The notes beneath the pieces are model-generated. The model was not told the origin of the DNA. It was given only the letters and a program-made list of their open reading frames with translations, and made no database searches. A program made the translations under genes and the position numbers. Shown here piece after piece: positions 47,135 to 56,753 of a stretch of 63,171 nucleotides of DNA. The number at the start of each line of letters is the position of its first letter. Positions within the stretch are counted from its first letter, which is position 1. Source of the stretch: a virus. Taxonomy: Duplodnaviria > Caudoviricetes. The DNA is taken from positions 1-63,171 of IMG/VR virus record IMGVR_UViG_3300028392_000001, one strand, 5' to 3'.

Positions 47135-47779
47135 TTATTCTTCTTCGTCAGCATCTGCTGTCGCAGCAGGAGCTGCCGGTGCAGATGGTTCAGCTGCTGT
47201 TTTGTCAGCTGCTGTTTTGTCAGCTTTTTCAACTTCCCTTACGGTGTATGTTCCAGGTATTTTTTCATTTTTGGTTAATGAAAGAATCTCCCTACGGCTA
47301 TTGAGCCCCGTCCAAGTTTTAGGTTCAGGGGTTACGCCGTCAGCAATTAATTGCTTAAGCATTGCTGCGTAAGATGGAAAAACTTGCGTACTTCCGTCCT
47401 TTTTGACGTAGGTAATTTCCACATTAGAAGAACGTTCTCCACCGGCAGCCGTACCTTCGGCGCGTTTTTTGGTTGATGTTACTTCGAAGGTAAGCTCACC
47501 ATTTTCACTTTTAACTGCAGCAATGCCAATAATAACACGTTCACCGTTTGCCAATTCATTACCTACAGCAGTAGCAATTTGCTCAGCAGATGCCGTTAAA
47601 AACGAAATAAGTTTCGTTCCAATAACAGCAGACTTTTGTGAAGCAAGCTGCGCCTCAATCGACGTAATTGCTTCAGCAATGTTTGAGGGACAGTCCACCC
47701 CTGCTGCTTCCAATGCTGCTTTTGCTGCGTAGTTTTTCTTAAGCTCAAGTTGTAGCTCATTAAATTTAATCATATCCAT
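47135..47779 (-). CDS. Stand-alone early gene, Ala/Lys-rich (possible nucleoid-associated DNA-binding protein)
   Basis: 214 aa; N-terminal coiled coil, basic linker TSTKKRAEGTAAGG, ADKTA repeats; has its own terminator. Confidence 0.55.
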   Translation of the reverse strand: MDMIKFNELQLELKKNYAAKAALEAAGVDCPSNIAEAITSIEAQLASQKSAVIGTKLISFLTASAEQIATAVGNELANGERVIIGIAAVKSENGELTFEVTSTKKRAEGTAAGGERSSNVEITYVKKDGSTQVFPSYAAMLKQLIADGVTPEPKTWTGLNSRREILSLTKNEKIPGTYTVREVEKADKTAADKTAAEPSAPAAPAATADADEEE

Positions 47780-48101
47780 AGTTCGTTAAAATTGTGCCAA
47801 CAGGCAAAAGTTTTGCGCCTGTTAGCGGGTTAAAAATTGAGATATGCCAATATGCCAAAGAACTACGATTTCCACCTACCTTACGGGGCAGTGTTGTTCA
47901 GTATTTCGGGTGCGTTTTACCGTTCCCCGTTATCATGTTCCAAAAATAAGGTAAATAATTCAAAACGCCTAGTTCCGTTCATTTATTTTGCGTTTAAAAT
48001 TGTTAAAAAATGTTAAAGGATTACGGTAAAATTTACATAAAAAATTTTGCGACAATTCAAAATAAAATTTACACAAATTTATCTCATGCCAATCTTTTAC
48101 T

Positions 48102-48243
48102 TGTTAAAACATATATGTTATAACAAGTAAAAGTGAATGTGTGTTACAACAAATAAATACCTGTTACAACAGGTAAAATGAATATGTGTTACAACAGATA
48201 AAATATATGTTACAACAGATAAAAATGAATATGTGTTACAACA
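48102..48243. repeat. Iteron-like array: seven TGTTnnAACA copies (mostly TGTTACAACA)
   Basis: Copies at 48102, 48116, 48142, 48162, 48187, 48208 and 48234. Confidence 0.85.
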
Positions 48244-48536
48244 AGTAAAAATGCCTCGTAAAATATTTATATATGTAGATAACTCGATATTGATGTGGGC
48301 GTGAGGGAAAGTCATATAAGAAAAAACTCGATGCGTTATAGCGATTTCCCCATTTCGCAGTGGTAGGGGTATGATAATAGGTGGTTATACCCTTTCGCCT
48401 ACTAAAAATAACTCAAAATAAAAAAACTATCAATTTTTTCCTGTTGTTACAATTCAACTTGTCAAATTACAGACCTTGTTGCAATACGCCCATCCTATTT
48501 ACTTGTTTATAAACGCCCAAGTTTTAGCAGAATAAC

Positions 48537-48660
48537 TATATTCAAAATACCATTTATTAACGTTTTAACCGTTTTAAACGGGTTAATATTGGGTTAAACG
48601 GTTTATATGTTTTGATATTTTAAATTGCGTGGTGCGCCCGTAACGGGGCAAATTTTCGAA
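48537..48660. repeat. AG/CT-free dispersed element copy 7 (diverged; upstream of terminase)
   Basis: catttattaacgttttaaccgttttaaacgggtt...cggggcaaattttcg. Confidence 0.65.
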
Positions 48661-48682
48661 GTATTTGAATGTTGTCTTTCAA

Positions 48683-48714
48683 TTTGCAAATGTAAAAAAT
48701 GCTGCTTATTATTG
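48683..48714 (+). promoter_or_regulatory. Putative promoter upstream of terminase
   Basis: TTTGCAAA...TTATTGCGT with 20-nt spacing, same form as 53939-53970. Confidence 0.55.
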
Positions 48715-48734
48715 CGTATGAGAAATAGACCTCT

Positions 48735-51077
48735 ATGTTGCAACTAGGTATAAACAATACTGGACAGCTAGTACGTCACGAGCTTCGGGCGTTTAGGCTA
48801 GACATATACCTTGCCGGTGTAGACATAGGGTTTGCTAGGGAAATAGACCTTGAGGAATCTGGCTTTATTAATGATTCCAATAGAAGACGGAAGGCTTCTT
48901 CTATTAAAAAGGATTTGATTTCTAGTGCTTATATTATTGGTGAAAGGGGAGAAAAGATTAATCTTCAGACCGGTCTTGTTGAAGAGGTAGACGAAACGCC
49001 CCTTCTCGATAAAATTGTTACCTTACAGCACGAGGAAGTACTTAGGATAAATGAAAAACTTAAGTATTACAACAAAGACTTTGATGCCATTGGTACTCGA
49101 CCTATACTTAAAGATGACTGGCTTGTAAGGTATCATGAGATATCTGACGATAAGGACTTTCAGCGATGGATTAAGAGTATTAACTCTGGATGGCAAAACA
49201 GAACTCCTTACATTAAGTATGAGATGTATAAAGCTCAGGCTTATAATTGGCTTAACAAGGAAGTAATGAACTTTCCTTATGACGGTGAAGAGGAAGAACA
49301 AATTGACTGGCTTGAAATTGAGCTGGACCGCTGTAATACCAACACACTGTATGCCTTAGATAAGTACCTTTGGTTAAAAGACGAAGGCGGTAGTGGTCGG
49401 TTAAAGTATCATGCTTGGGAGCCACAGAAAGTTCTTCTATTCTTGTTTGATTGTATGCTTTCGTTTTTGGTTGGTAAAGGTCGTCAAATAGGTTTTACTT
49501 CTACAATAGCTGGCGCGATGGTTATGAAAGCTATGTATAATAAGTCTATTCATGTTAAGTATGCCGCTCAGAAAGGTAAGAAGTCTCAAGAGGTGCTTGA
49601 TGATAAACTTAAGTTTCCTATCCAGGAAATTGAGTGGTATATGAAAGTATCTAACTCAAACTGGAACGGCAACGAGGTTATATTTGGCAAGTCTCTAGGG
49701 AAAGGCGGTAAAAACTCATCAGGAAGTAAGTTGGAAGTAAGTGCTCCTACCGCAGATATGGTTAATGCTGGAACGCCAAGTATTCTTGCCCTTGATGAGG
49801 GTGGTCTAATGGAAGAGTTTGGTGTTATCAGGCAGCAAAACAGAGCTACTATGTATCGTTATAACAAGAAGACTGAGCGTATGGAAATTCATCGTCAGAT
49901 GCTTGGCTGGGGTACTGGTGGTAATATGAAAGAAGGTGCCTCGGCTTTTAAAACGGAAATAGAAGTAGCCGAAGAAGCTTTTAATGATGGCGATATGACC
50001 AACTTAACTATACCACTGTTCTTTGACGCATTTGCTCGTCCTGGTATGACTTGGGAAATTTATAACAAGGAAAAGGAAACGGCTTACTCTACCAAGCAAG
50101 TTCGTGGAAAGGAAGACCCCAAGATTGTCTTTCATTACACGTTCCCGCTTACTCGCGAGGATATGTTCTTGAGTTCTTCCGCTACCATAATACCTATGGT
50201 AGAAATTGACTCTCACATAAGGAAGTGTAACAACCCACCTGAAGGATGTCGTAGGGTCTATGGAATGTTTCAGCCAATTTATGACACGAGTCACAAGTAC
50301 GATGAGTACTCTGACGTGCCTTATAAAATAATAGGAGCAGAGTTTATACCTGCCAGTTCCGATGATGTTCAGTCTGGTTCTTCTATCGCCTGTGCCTACA
50401 TACTTGTAGATAGAGAAGAAGGGTGGCGTAATAGGTACTACAAAGGAACTGACCCTATTGACTCTGAATCAGGTCACTCTAATTTTGCTTCTTGTGTTTG
50501 GGATGCCAAGTTAAAAGCTCCCGTTGCCTATATAGATTTTCGTGTTGCCGATTATAGGTTTTGCTATCTTCAATCGCTGTTGCTAAACTTATATTACGGC
50601 TTTGGTAATCCGATAAGGGAAATGCTTGAGTACAATATCGGTAAAGGTTATCTCGATTATTGCGAGGCTAAGGGTTTTCGAAGAATGTTTATTCAGTCAA
50701 GTATGCTTCCTGACAATCTTAAAATAGAAGGAGCGCAAGTAGGTGTATCAAAGAAAGGGCACAATGCTAAGTTTATTTTACAAAGATTTCAAACTCTTTT
50801 ATATGTTCACGCAGACTCTATTTACTTTGAAAGATTTTGGCGACAATGTAAGACATACGTTAAAAAAGAAACTCCTAGTGGAGCAGAGCGATATGCTCCT
50901 TTTGCTAAAAACTTTGATAGAGATGATTTGCTAGATTCCGTCAATTATTCCGAACTGGCTGCCAGTTGTTACGAGCATATGCCTATAGAAAATAAAGCAG
51001 ACGTTGATAAATCTAAGGTTGCAAGAAGATTAAAAATGGTTAACGGAAGAATGTCTTTGGTTACAGTAAAAGTTTAA
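48735..51077 (+). CDS. terL: Terminase large subunit
   Basis: WEPQ, KGRQIGFT Walker A, LALDEGG Walker B, GTGG, nuclease GTDP...DDLLD. Confidence 0.9.
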   Translation: MLQLGINNTGQLVRHELRAFRLDIYLAGVDIGFAREIDLEESGFINDSNRRRKASSIKKDLISSAYIIGERGEKINLQTGLVEEVDETPLLDKIVTLQHEEVLRINEKLKYYNKDFDAIGTRPILKDDWLVRYHEISDDKDFQRWIKSINSGWQNRTPYIKYEMYKAQAYNWLNKEVMNFPYDGEEEEQIDWLEIELDRCNTNTLYALDKYLWLKDEGGSGRLKYHAWEPQKVLLFLFDCMLSFLVGKGRQIGFTSTIAGAMVMKAMYNKSIHVKYAAQKGKKSQEVLDDKLKFPIQEIEWYMKVSNSNWNGNEVIFGKSLGKGGKNSSGSKLEVSAPTADMVNAGTPSILALDEGGLMEEFGVIRQQNRATMYRYNKKTERMEIHRQMLGWGTGGNMKEGASAFKTEIEVAEEAFNDGDMTNLTIPLFFDAFARPGMTWEIYNKEKETAYSTKQVRGKEDPKIVFHYTFPLTREDMFLSSSATIIPMVEIDSHIRKCNNPPEGCRRVYGMFQPIYDTSHKYDEYSDVPYKIIGAEFIPASSDDVQSGSSIACAYILVDREEGWRNRYYKGTDPIDSESGHSNFASCVWDAKLKAPVAYIDFRVADYRFCYLQSLLLNLYYGFGNPIREMLEYNIGKGYLDYCEAKGFRRMFIQSSMLPDNLKIEGAQVGVSKKGHNAKFILQRFQTLLYVHADSIYFERFWRQCKTYVKKETPSGAERYAPFAKNFDRDDLLDSVNYSELAASCYEHMPIENKADVDKSKVARRLKMVNGRMSLVTVKV

Positions 51078-51080
51078 AGC

Positions 51081-51683
51081 ATGGAAAACAAAAAAACTGA
51101 ATACCATTATACTATCTTTGAACCCGGAGATGAAAAAGATTACAGAAGTAAATTTCCGGAGTTTCAAAAGATTCCCGAGTTTATGTCTTTGCCTTTGAGT
51201 GCTGATTTAAAGTTTGCTTGGTATTACGCCAATCCCACTTCTCTTATAGCTAAAATTCAAGAGCCTGAAATTAGAGCTATGAAAGCTATTGAAGCTGCTT
51301 ATGATGGAAAAATAAAAGACTCTAAATATAAAGACCTTGTTGACGGAAAGTTTACTCCCGAATTAGATGCCGCAATAAAAAGGATGAAGTCTTTTGTTCC
51401 TTCAGCAAGAATAAGAGCTAAAATAATTCAAGATACTATGTTTCAAAACCTCGAAGCTATGGTTAATATACGCCCAGAGGATTTAATCTCTATATCAACA
51501 GACGAAAAGAAAAAGTATGCCGATTTTGCCAAATCAGTTTCTAGTCAGTTACAGGAACTAATTTCATCGGTAGAAAGTTCTTATGGAGTCGAAATAAAGG
51601 AAAAACGCGAGTCAGTACTTACAAAAGAAGGATGGACGCTCGTTGACCAAGTTCTATTAAGAAGAGAAACTAAAGAAGAATAA
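51081..51683 (+). CDS. Hypothetical packaging-module protein
   Basis: 200 aa between terminase and portal. Confidence 0.55.
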   Translation: MENKKTEYHYTIFEPGDEKDYRSKFPEFQKIPEFMSLPLSADLKFAWYYANPTSLIAKIQEPEIRAMKAIEAAYDGKIKDSKYKDLVDGKFTPELDAAIKRMKSFVPSARIRAKIIQDTMFQNLEAMVNIRPEDLISISTDEKKKYADFAKSVSSQLQELISSVESSYGVEIKEKRESVLTKEGWTLVDQVLLRRETKEE

Positions 51684-51685
51684 TC

Positions 51686-53926
51686 ATGTTCTTTCAACCA
51701 AGACCAAACAGACTTACAGACACAAAAGACGAAGCATATCATGTCAACTGCGCAAGATGGGCTTTGACAAGCACTTCGTATCAAGACTATATTAATTTTG
51801 CCTATCGTGGTCTAATTAATTGGCAGTTTTATAGAGGTAATCAATGGATACTAGACGAGGACCTTGACCCGTTTTTACTTGACGAATCAGGAGAAGTTCG
51901 CAACAGGATTAAGTTCGTTCAGAACATAATCTTAAACTATGTTCAGTATTTCAGAGGAACTGCTATAAGGATGGATGTAAATGGAAAAGTAATATCTACC
52001 TCAAGACATTCCACTAATAGAAAGATACAGTACATGGAAAAAATGCGACACTTAGCAAGAGTTGCTTCTACAAGTAATTTTGCAAGTGCTGCTATAAACA
52101 AGGCTTATGGAATTGACGAGGATGAGCAGGAGGCAATGCAGAGTGCTCAAAATCTTTGGGTTGACGAACACCTCGAAAGAATAAATGCCTTTTCAAGAGC
52201 TATGTCTGACCGTAATGACTTTGAAACACTTAAGCTTCAAGCTGCAGAGCACATGGCTTTAGATGGCTTATGTGTTTCTTTTGAGGATACGTCTAGAGGT
52301 ATGCAGACGTTTACAAACATAGACCCTAAAAGGTTTATTTGGGATAGAAGCGCCCGTAGACTTGATTTGCTTGACGCTCAGTTTATGGGTGACTTTTGGT
52401 TTGCCGCTCCTACCGAGTTGTATGAAAAGTATCCCAAGCTTACAGAAGCTGATAAACAAAACATTGAAAAAGCAACAGCAATAAACTTAGCTCCAACAGG
52501 TTTTCACTCTTATATGTTTGGTCTTAATAAAAACATTATAAACAGAGCTCCTGTCTATAGGATTTACTGGCAAGACATTGACAGGTCTGAGTGGGGATGC
52601 TGTTCAGATGATTATGGCTATCCTGTTTTGGTTAAGATTGAAAAAAACGGAAGATATACAAAAAAAGACCTTATTACTCCTCCTGATGGGTTTTTTGAAG
52701 CAGAACTTGAAAATGTAGGTGTCGAACCTAAATACAGAAATAAAAGTATTACTATTGATAAACAGCAAACAAGATTCTGTGAATATATAGAACCAATGTT
52801 TATAGCTGGAAGCACTGGAGACCCTATTGTTTTGGACTTCGGAACTGTTCCATTCCAAGAAACTCATTCTTACGTTAAGAACTTTACTCCGTATCCATAC
52901 AAGGTTTGGTGTTGGTCTTTGGTTGACGGAGAGCCTATGGCGCCTGTTGATAATATAATAGACCCTCAGAGATTAATTAACAGATATAATTCAATGGGAG
53001 AAGCTCAGGTTAACAACTCTCGTGGGAAGGGAACTATTTACGACAAGGACATGGTTGACTCTCAAGGTGGAGAAGAGGAGTTTTTAAGAAAGATAAACAT
53101 GAGTCAGCCTATTGGCGTAAATGCCGCTGGAAGACTAAATAACTCTGTTATGTCTTACGATTCCAATATAAGTAATTCTACTTTTGGAATAATGAAGCTT
53201 GCTCAGGACATGAAAGGAATAGCTGATAACCTTTTTGGAGGAGGTGAAGCTTTGCTTGGTCAAGGTGGAGGATATAGAGTTTCTGTTGGAGCTGTGAAGC
53301 AAAACCTTGACCAAGCAACTACAACACAAGAACCATTCTTTTATGGACTTCTTAAGTATTTGCAGCAAATGCATCATTCTATCGTAAACAGAGGTATTAA
53401 AATAGCATTAGCAAATCCTGGACAGCTGGCAGCTATTGTTGGCGATGATGGAGTTGCAGATTTTAATCTTTCTCCAGAGATGATATTTGAAGAGTTTGGT
53501 TATGAACTTAAAGCTTCAACAAACAGGCAAGAAGAAGTTGAGCTTGCAAACCAAATGATACTTCAGTTATCTTCTCCTAATGTTGGCTTGATAATTCCTA
53601 CAATAGCAGCTAACGCATATGGAAACTGCGACCTTGCCGATGTTGGTATGCTTATAAGAAAGTCTATGGCTGCAAAAGAAGAAGCCGCAAAACAACAAGA
53701 AAAAGCTGATAAGGTAAAAACTGATGCAGCTCAAAATCTTGCAGCAATAAGTACCGAACAGCAAAACAATGCTCAAGATTTTGCATTCTCTCAACAGCAA
53801 CATGAAGCAGAGAAAAACAGACAAACACAGCTTGACGCTAAAGCTTTACAGGTTGCTGGAGATATGGCAAAAACAGAAGCTCAAACAAATGTACAAAAAA
53901 TGCAGCAACCTACTCCAGAACAATAA
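51686..53926 (+). CDS. Portal protein
   Basis: 746 aa; FYRGNQW, NIILNYV, IIDPQRLIN, Gln-rich C-terminal barrel; position after terminase. Confidence 0.85.
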   Translation: MFFQPRPNRLTDTKDEAYHVNCARWALTSTSYQDYINFAYRGLINWQFYRGNQWILDEDLDPFLLDESGEVRNRIKFVQNIILNYVQYFRGTAIRMDVNGKVISTSRHSTNRKIQYMEKMRHLARVASTSNFASAAINKAYGIDEDEQEAMQSAQNLWVDEHLERINAFSRAMSDRNDFETLKLQAAEHMALDGLCVSFEDTSRGMQTFTNIDPKRFIWDRSARRLDLLDAQFMGDFWFAAPTELYEKYPKLTEADKQNIEKATAINLAPTGFHSYMFGLNKNIINRAPVYRIYWQDIDRSEWGCCSDDYGYPVLVKIEKNGRYTKKDLITPPDGFFEAELENVGVEPKYRNKSITIDKQQTRFCEYIEPMFIAGSTGDPIVLDFGTVPFQETHSYVKNFTPYPYKVWCWSLVDGEPMAPVDNIIDPQRLINRYNSMGEAQVNNSRGKGTIYDKDMVDSQGGEEEFLRKINMSQPIGVNAAGRLNNSVMSYDSNISNSTFGIMKLAQDMKGIADNLFGGGEALLGQGGGYRVSVGAVKQNLDQATTTQEPFFYGLLKYLQQMHHSIVNRGIKIALANPGQLAAIVGDDGVADFNLSPEMIFEEFGYELKASTNRQEEVELANQMILQLSSPNVGLIIPTIAANAYGNCDLADVGMLIRKSMAAKEEAAKQQEKADKVKTDAAQNLAAISTEQQNNAQDFAFSQQQHEAEKNRQTQLDAKALQVAGDMAKTEAQTNVQKMQQPTPEQ

Positions 53927-53938
53927 GTTAAAAAATAA

Positions 53939-53970
53939 TTTGCAAAACAATTTTTTATAAGTCATTATTG
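53939..53970 (+). promoter_or_regulatory. Putative late promoter upstream of scaffold/capsid
   Basis: TTTGCAAA...CATTATTGCGT with 20-nt spacing. Confidence 0.55.
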
Positions 53971-53989
53971 CGTTCATAACATTATACCT

Positions 53990-55306
53990 ATGAAACTTCA
54001 AAACAATAGCATACTTCGTTTTAGACCAGTATGCGAAGAAACAGTAGTTGAATCTACACAGCAAGAAATTGATGCACTAAATAAAACAAATGTAGGCGTT
54101 ACAATAAACGTAGAAGATACACCGCCAGCAGCTGCAGCAACAACAATAGAAGCGCCTGCAAGTGTTTCTCAAGAAATCGTGAAGAATATTGGAGTTGCAA
54201 TGCAAAATCCAGTTGGAGATAATATTGCTTATGTTTTTGATATGGTTGAGCTTCACCCTGAAATTTACCATTCAGACGCATCGGTAAAAGCATTAGTTGA
54301 CTTAGCAATTAGCAATGGTATAAATGTAGATATATCAGGTGCTGCCCAAAAGAAATCTGCTGATTCAAGCGGCACTACGCAAGACGGCAAGAAAACTCCA
54401 TTTGGAAAAGGAACTAAAACAACATCTCCTGCTGAAATAAAAGTTGAACAGATTCCAACAACTTTAAAAACAATGTATAACATTGAAGCTAAGACTCCAG
54501 AAGAAGGTATTAGCAAGTTGATTGAGTTTGCCGACAAACAAAGAGCAAATGCACAAAAAGCCGGAGAGTACAAAAAGAAAGCAGAAGACTTTGAGACGCT
54601 GTTTGACAATATGCCAGCCGAGTTGCTTATTCCACTTCAAACCTGGATTAACAACGGTGACTATAAATCTGAACTTAAGAATGTTGCGGATGGTGTAGTA
54701 GATGTTACAAAAGACTTTGACAGTCTTTCTGGCGAAACGTTAAGAACTACCGTAAACAGGCTTGTGCCAGCAATGTCGTTTTCAAAAGAAGAATTTGAAG
54801 ACAAAACTGATCCTCGAGTTTCTTCTGCAATAGCTTTAGCAAAGTCTGCCTTTGAAATTAAAAAACAGGCACTCGGTTCTCAAAGAAAAGCTATTGAAGA
54901 GAGAACTAAAGAAAAAATTAAACAAGAAAAAGCCTCAGTTGCAACAGCACTTGATAAGCTAAAAGAAGAATACGAAGAATTCACAGGCGACCCCCGCTAC
55001 GTAAAAATAGCCGAGTTGCTCGAATCACCTTCAAAACTCTTTTCCGCATTTTACGAAAATGACGGAAGAGCAAAACCAGATAGCGCCAAGCGACTAATGT
55101 TTGCGTTATTTGGAGAAGAGGAACTTAGTTCTGTTACACAAACCGTTGAAAAGAAAGCAAATAACATTGCAGCAGCTACGGTTATAAAAGCAGAAAAAAG
55201 ACGGTCTCCACAAGCGGTGACTCCTCAGCAGCCAATACATAGCAATGGGACTAGTAGTCCAGTCGTGGCAGAACTTATGCCAAAGAAATCACCGTTTGAT
55301 GAATAG
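53990..55306 (+). CDS. Capsid scaffolding protein; carries leader LRFRPVCE
   Basis: Charged helical protein between portal and major capsid. Confidence 0.65.
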   Translation: MKLQNNSILRFRPVCEETVVESTQQEIDALNKTNVGVTINVEDTPPAAAATTIEAPASVSQEIVKNIGVAMQNPVGDNIAYVFDMVELHPEIYHSDASVKALVDLAISNGINVDISGAAQKKSADSSGTTQDGKKTPFGKGTKTTSPAEIKVEQIPTTLKTMYNIEAKTPEEGISKLIEFADKQRANAQKAGEYKKKAEDFETLFDNMPAELLIPLQTWINNGDYKSELKNVADGVVDVTKDFDSLSGETLRTTVNRLVPAMSFSKEEFEDKTDPRVSSAIALAKSAFEIKKQALGSQRKAIEERTKEKIKQEKASVATALDKLKEEYEEFTGDPRYVKIAELLESPSKLFSAFYENDGRAKPDSAKRLMFALFGEEELSSVTQTVEKKANNIAAATVIKAEKRRSPQAVTPQQPIHSNGTSSPVVAELMPKKSPFDE

Positions 55307-55322
55307 TAATTACAACCAAAAA

Positions 55323-56651
55323 ATGAAAAACTTTAAAAAAATTATAGGCATCTCTTTAGCGTTCGTGGCAGTATGCGAAGGCGGAGCTAGCCTTTACTCC
55401 CCTGGAGCAAATCCTTCAGGCAAGTATCAGAACGCAAACCTAAACGCACTCGGCAGTCAATATGCCGCAACCTACGGGCACGGCTCGACATCTTTGATGG
55501 GTCGTGAACTTCAGCAACTAATTTTTGATGCTGCACCTCAACAGTATTTTGACTTGAAAATTTTGGCTTTAACACCTCCGGAGCAAGTTAACTCTGATGA
55601 GCATTTTTATCACGAGATGGGGTACGGTAGAGATGCAATAACCTTAGGAACTCTTGGAACAATCGGTGCGGCAGTAACTCAAACAATTCCAGTTGTTTCA
55701 ACTGACGTTGTTACGCCTGACACAATAATTGCTCACTTTGACGATGTTACCAAAGCAACTGTAATTGATGTTGATTCCGGAGCAAGCACCATTACCATTA
55801 AGGCAATGAGTGGACAGATTCTTCCTGCATTGAGTGTTGCCGATTCCGGAAAGTATTTCAGTAACGTTTCTCCTGTTGAAGCTGACGGCTTGGACTACAT
55901 TTCTCAATACTATCGTATTGACACAATTGAGCGTAGCAATTACGTTCAGATGCTTGTTAAAGCTCAGCGTTGGGGTAAAATGGAACTTACAAAGTATCAA
56001 AGAGCCGGTAGCTTAAACAGCTATTTGACAATGCAAAAAAGACGTATGATGGACCAGTTTAGAGCTGATTTATCAAACATTTACTGGAACGGTGAGCAAG
56101 GTGAGGTTACTTTGAAATCTGGAGTTGTTGCAAAAACTGCAGGTGGATTGTATCCTATCATGCAATCAGCCGGCTCTCCTTTCAGCAACACCACTGTTGT
56201 AAATTCTCCAGCAGCTTTGGAAGAACTTGCGTTGTCAACTGAATTTGAACAGTACGGAGCAACAAGATTCCTTTATGGAACGCCTCGCGCTTTGCTTGCT
56301 TTGAGTAATCAATACAAGCGTCCACTTACGCGCTATACTCCGGACAATATGCTTGCTAACCTTCGATTGAACTCAATCGACATAGGAAGTAGCAAAATTG
56401 TATTTGTTCCTATTAAACGTTTTGAAGACCCAGCATCCTTTCCTAAGGCTTGGAGAAGCAGGTTGTTCTTGATTGACCAAAAGAACATTCAGCCTGTTTA
56501 TTTCCTTCCAGAGGAAATGGGAGACACCCTTCCAAGAGTTAACAACGGTACGTTGAAAAACTATACCGACTCTTGGGTAAGTGCTACGTGGTCAATGAGA
56601 TTTCACAATCCTTTGGCTTGCGGTTATCTTAACGTAACTAACTTGGGATAG
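55323..56651 (+). CDS. Major capsid protein (start reassigned to MKNFKK); carries leader LAFVAVCE
   Basis: HK97-like features (ERSNYVQ, IYWNGE, KTAGGL, C-terminal MRFHNPLACG); followed by a strong terminator. Confidence 0.85.
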   Translation: MKNFKKIIGISLAFVAVCEGGASLYSPGANPSGKYQNANLNALGSQYAATYGHGSTSLMGRELQQLIFDAAPQQYFDLKILALTPPEQVNSDEHFYHEMGYGRDAITLGTLGTIGAAVTQTIPVVSTDVVTPDTIIAHFDDVTKATVIDVDSGASTITIKAMSGQILPALSVADSGKYFSNVSPVEADGLDYISQYYRIDTIERSNYVQMLVKAQRWGKMELTKYQRAGSLNSYLTMQKRRMMDQFRADLSNIYWNGEQGEVTLKSGVVAKTAGGLYPIMQSAGSPFSNTTVVNSPAALEELALSTEFEQYGATRFLYGTPRALLALSNQYKRPLTRYTPDNMLANLRLNSIDIGSSKIVFVPIKRFEDPASFPKAWRSRLFLIDQKNIQPVYFLPEEMGDTLPRVNNGTLKNYTDSWVSATWSMRFHNPLACGYLNVTNLG

Positions 56652-56682
56652 TCCAAAACTAACTACAATCTGCTCCTTGTTT

Positions 56683-56713
56683 GGGAACCGAGAAAAACTC
56701 GGTTCCCATTTTT
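56683..56713 (+). terminator. Rho-independent terminator after the major capsid gene
   Basis: gggaaccgag-aaaaa-ctcggttccc followed by atttt. Confidence 0.85.
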
Positions 56714-56753
56714 GCTTTAAGTATAACAACATTTCATCTTAACAAACTATCTT

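Noticed and set aside
48102-48243. Mini CRISPR array
   Set aside because: Repeats are only 10 bp with 4-16 bp similar spacers; no cas operon (the Cas4-like nuclease is a stand-alone replication-module gene)
46825-48315. ORFs 46825..47019 and 48118..48315
   Set aside because: Low-complexity or repeat-derived translations in regulatory DNA; no supporting signals
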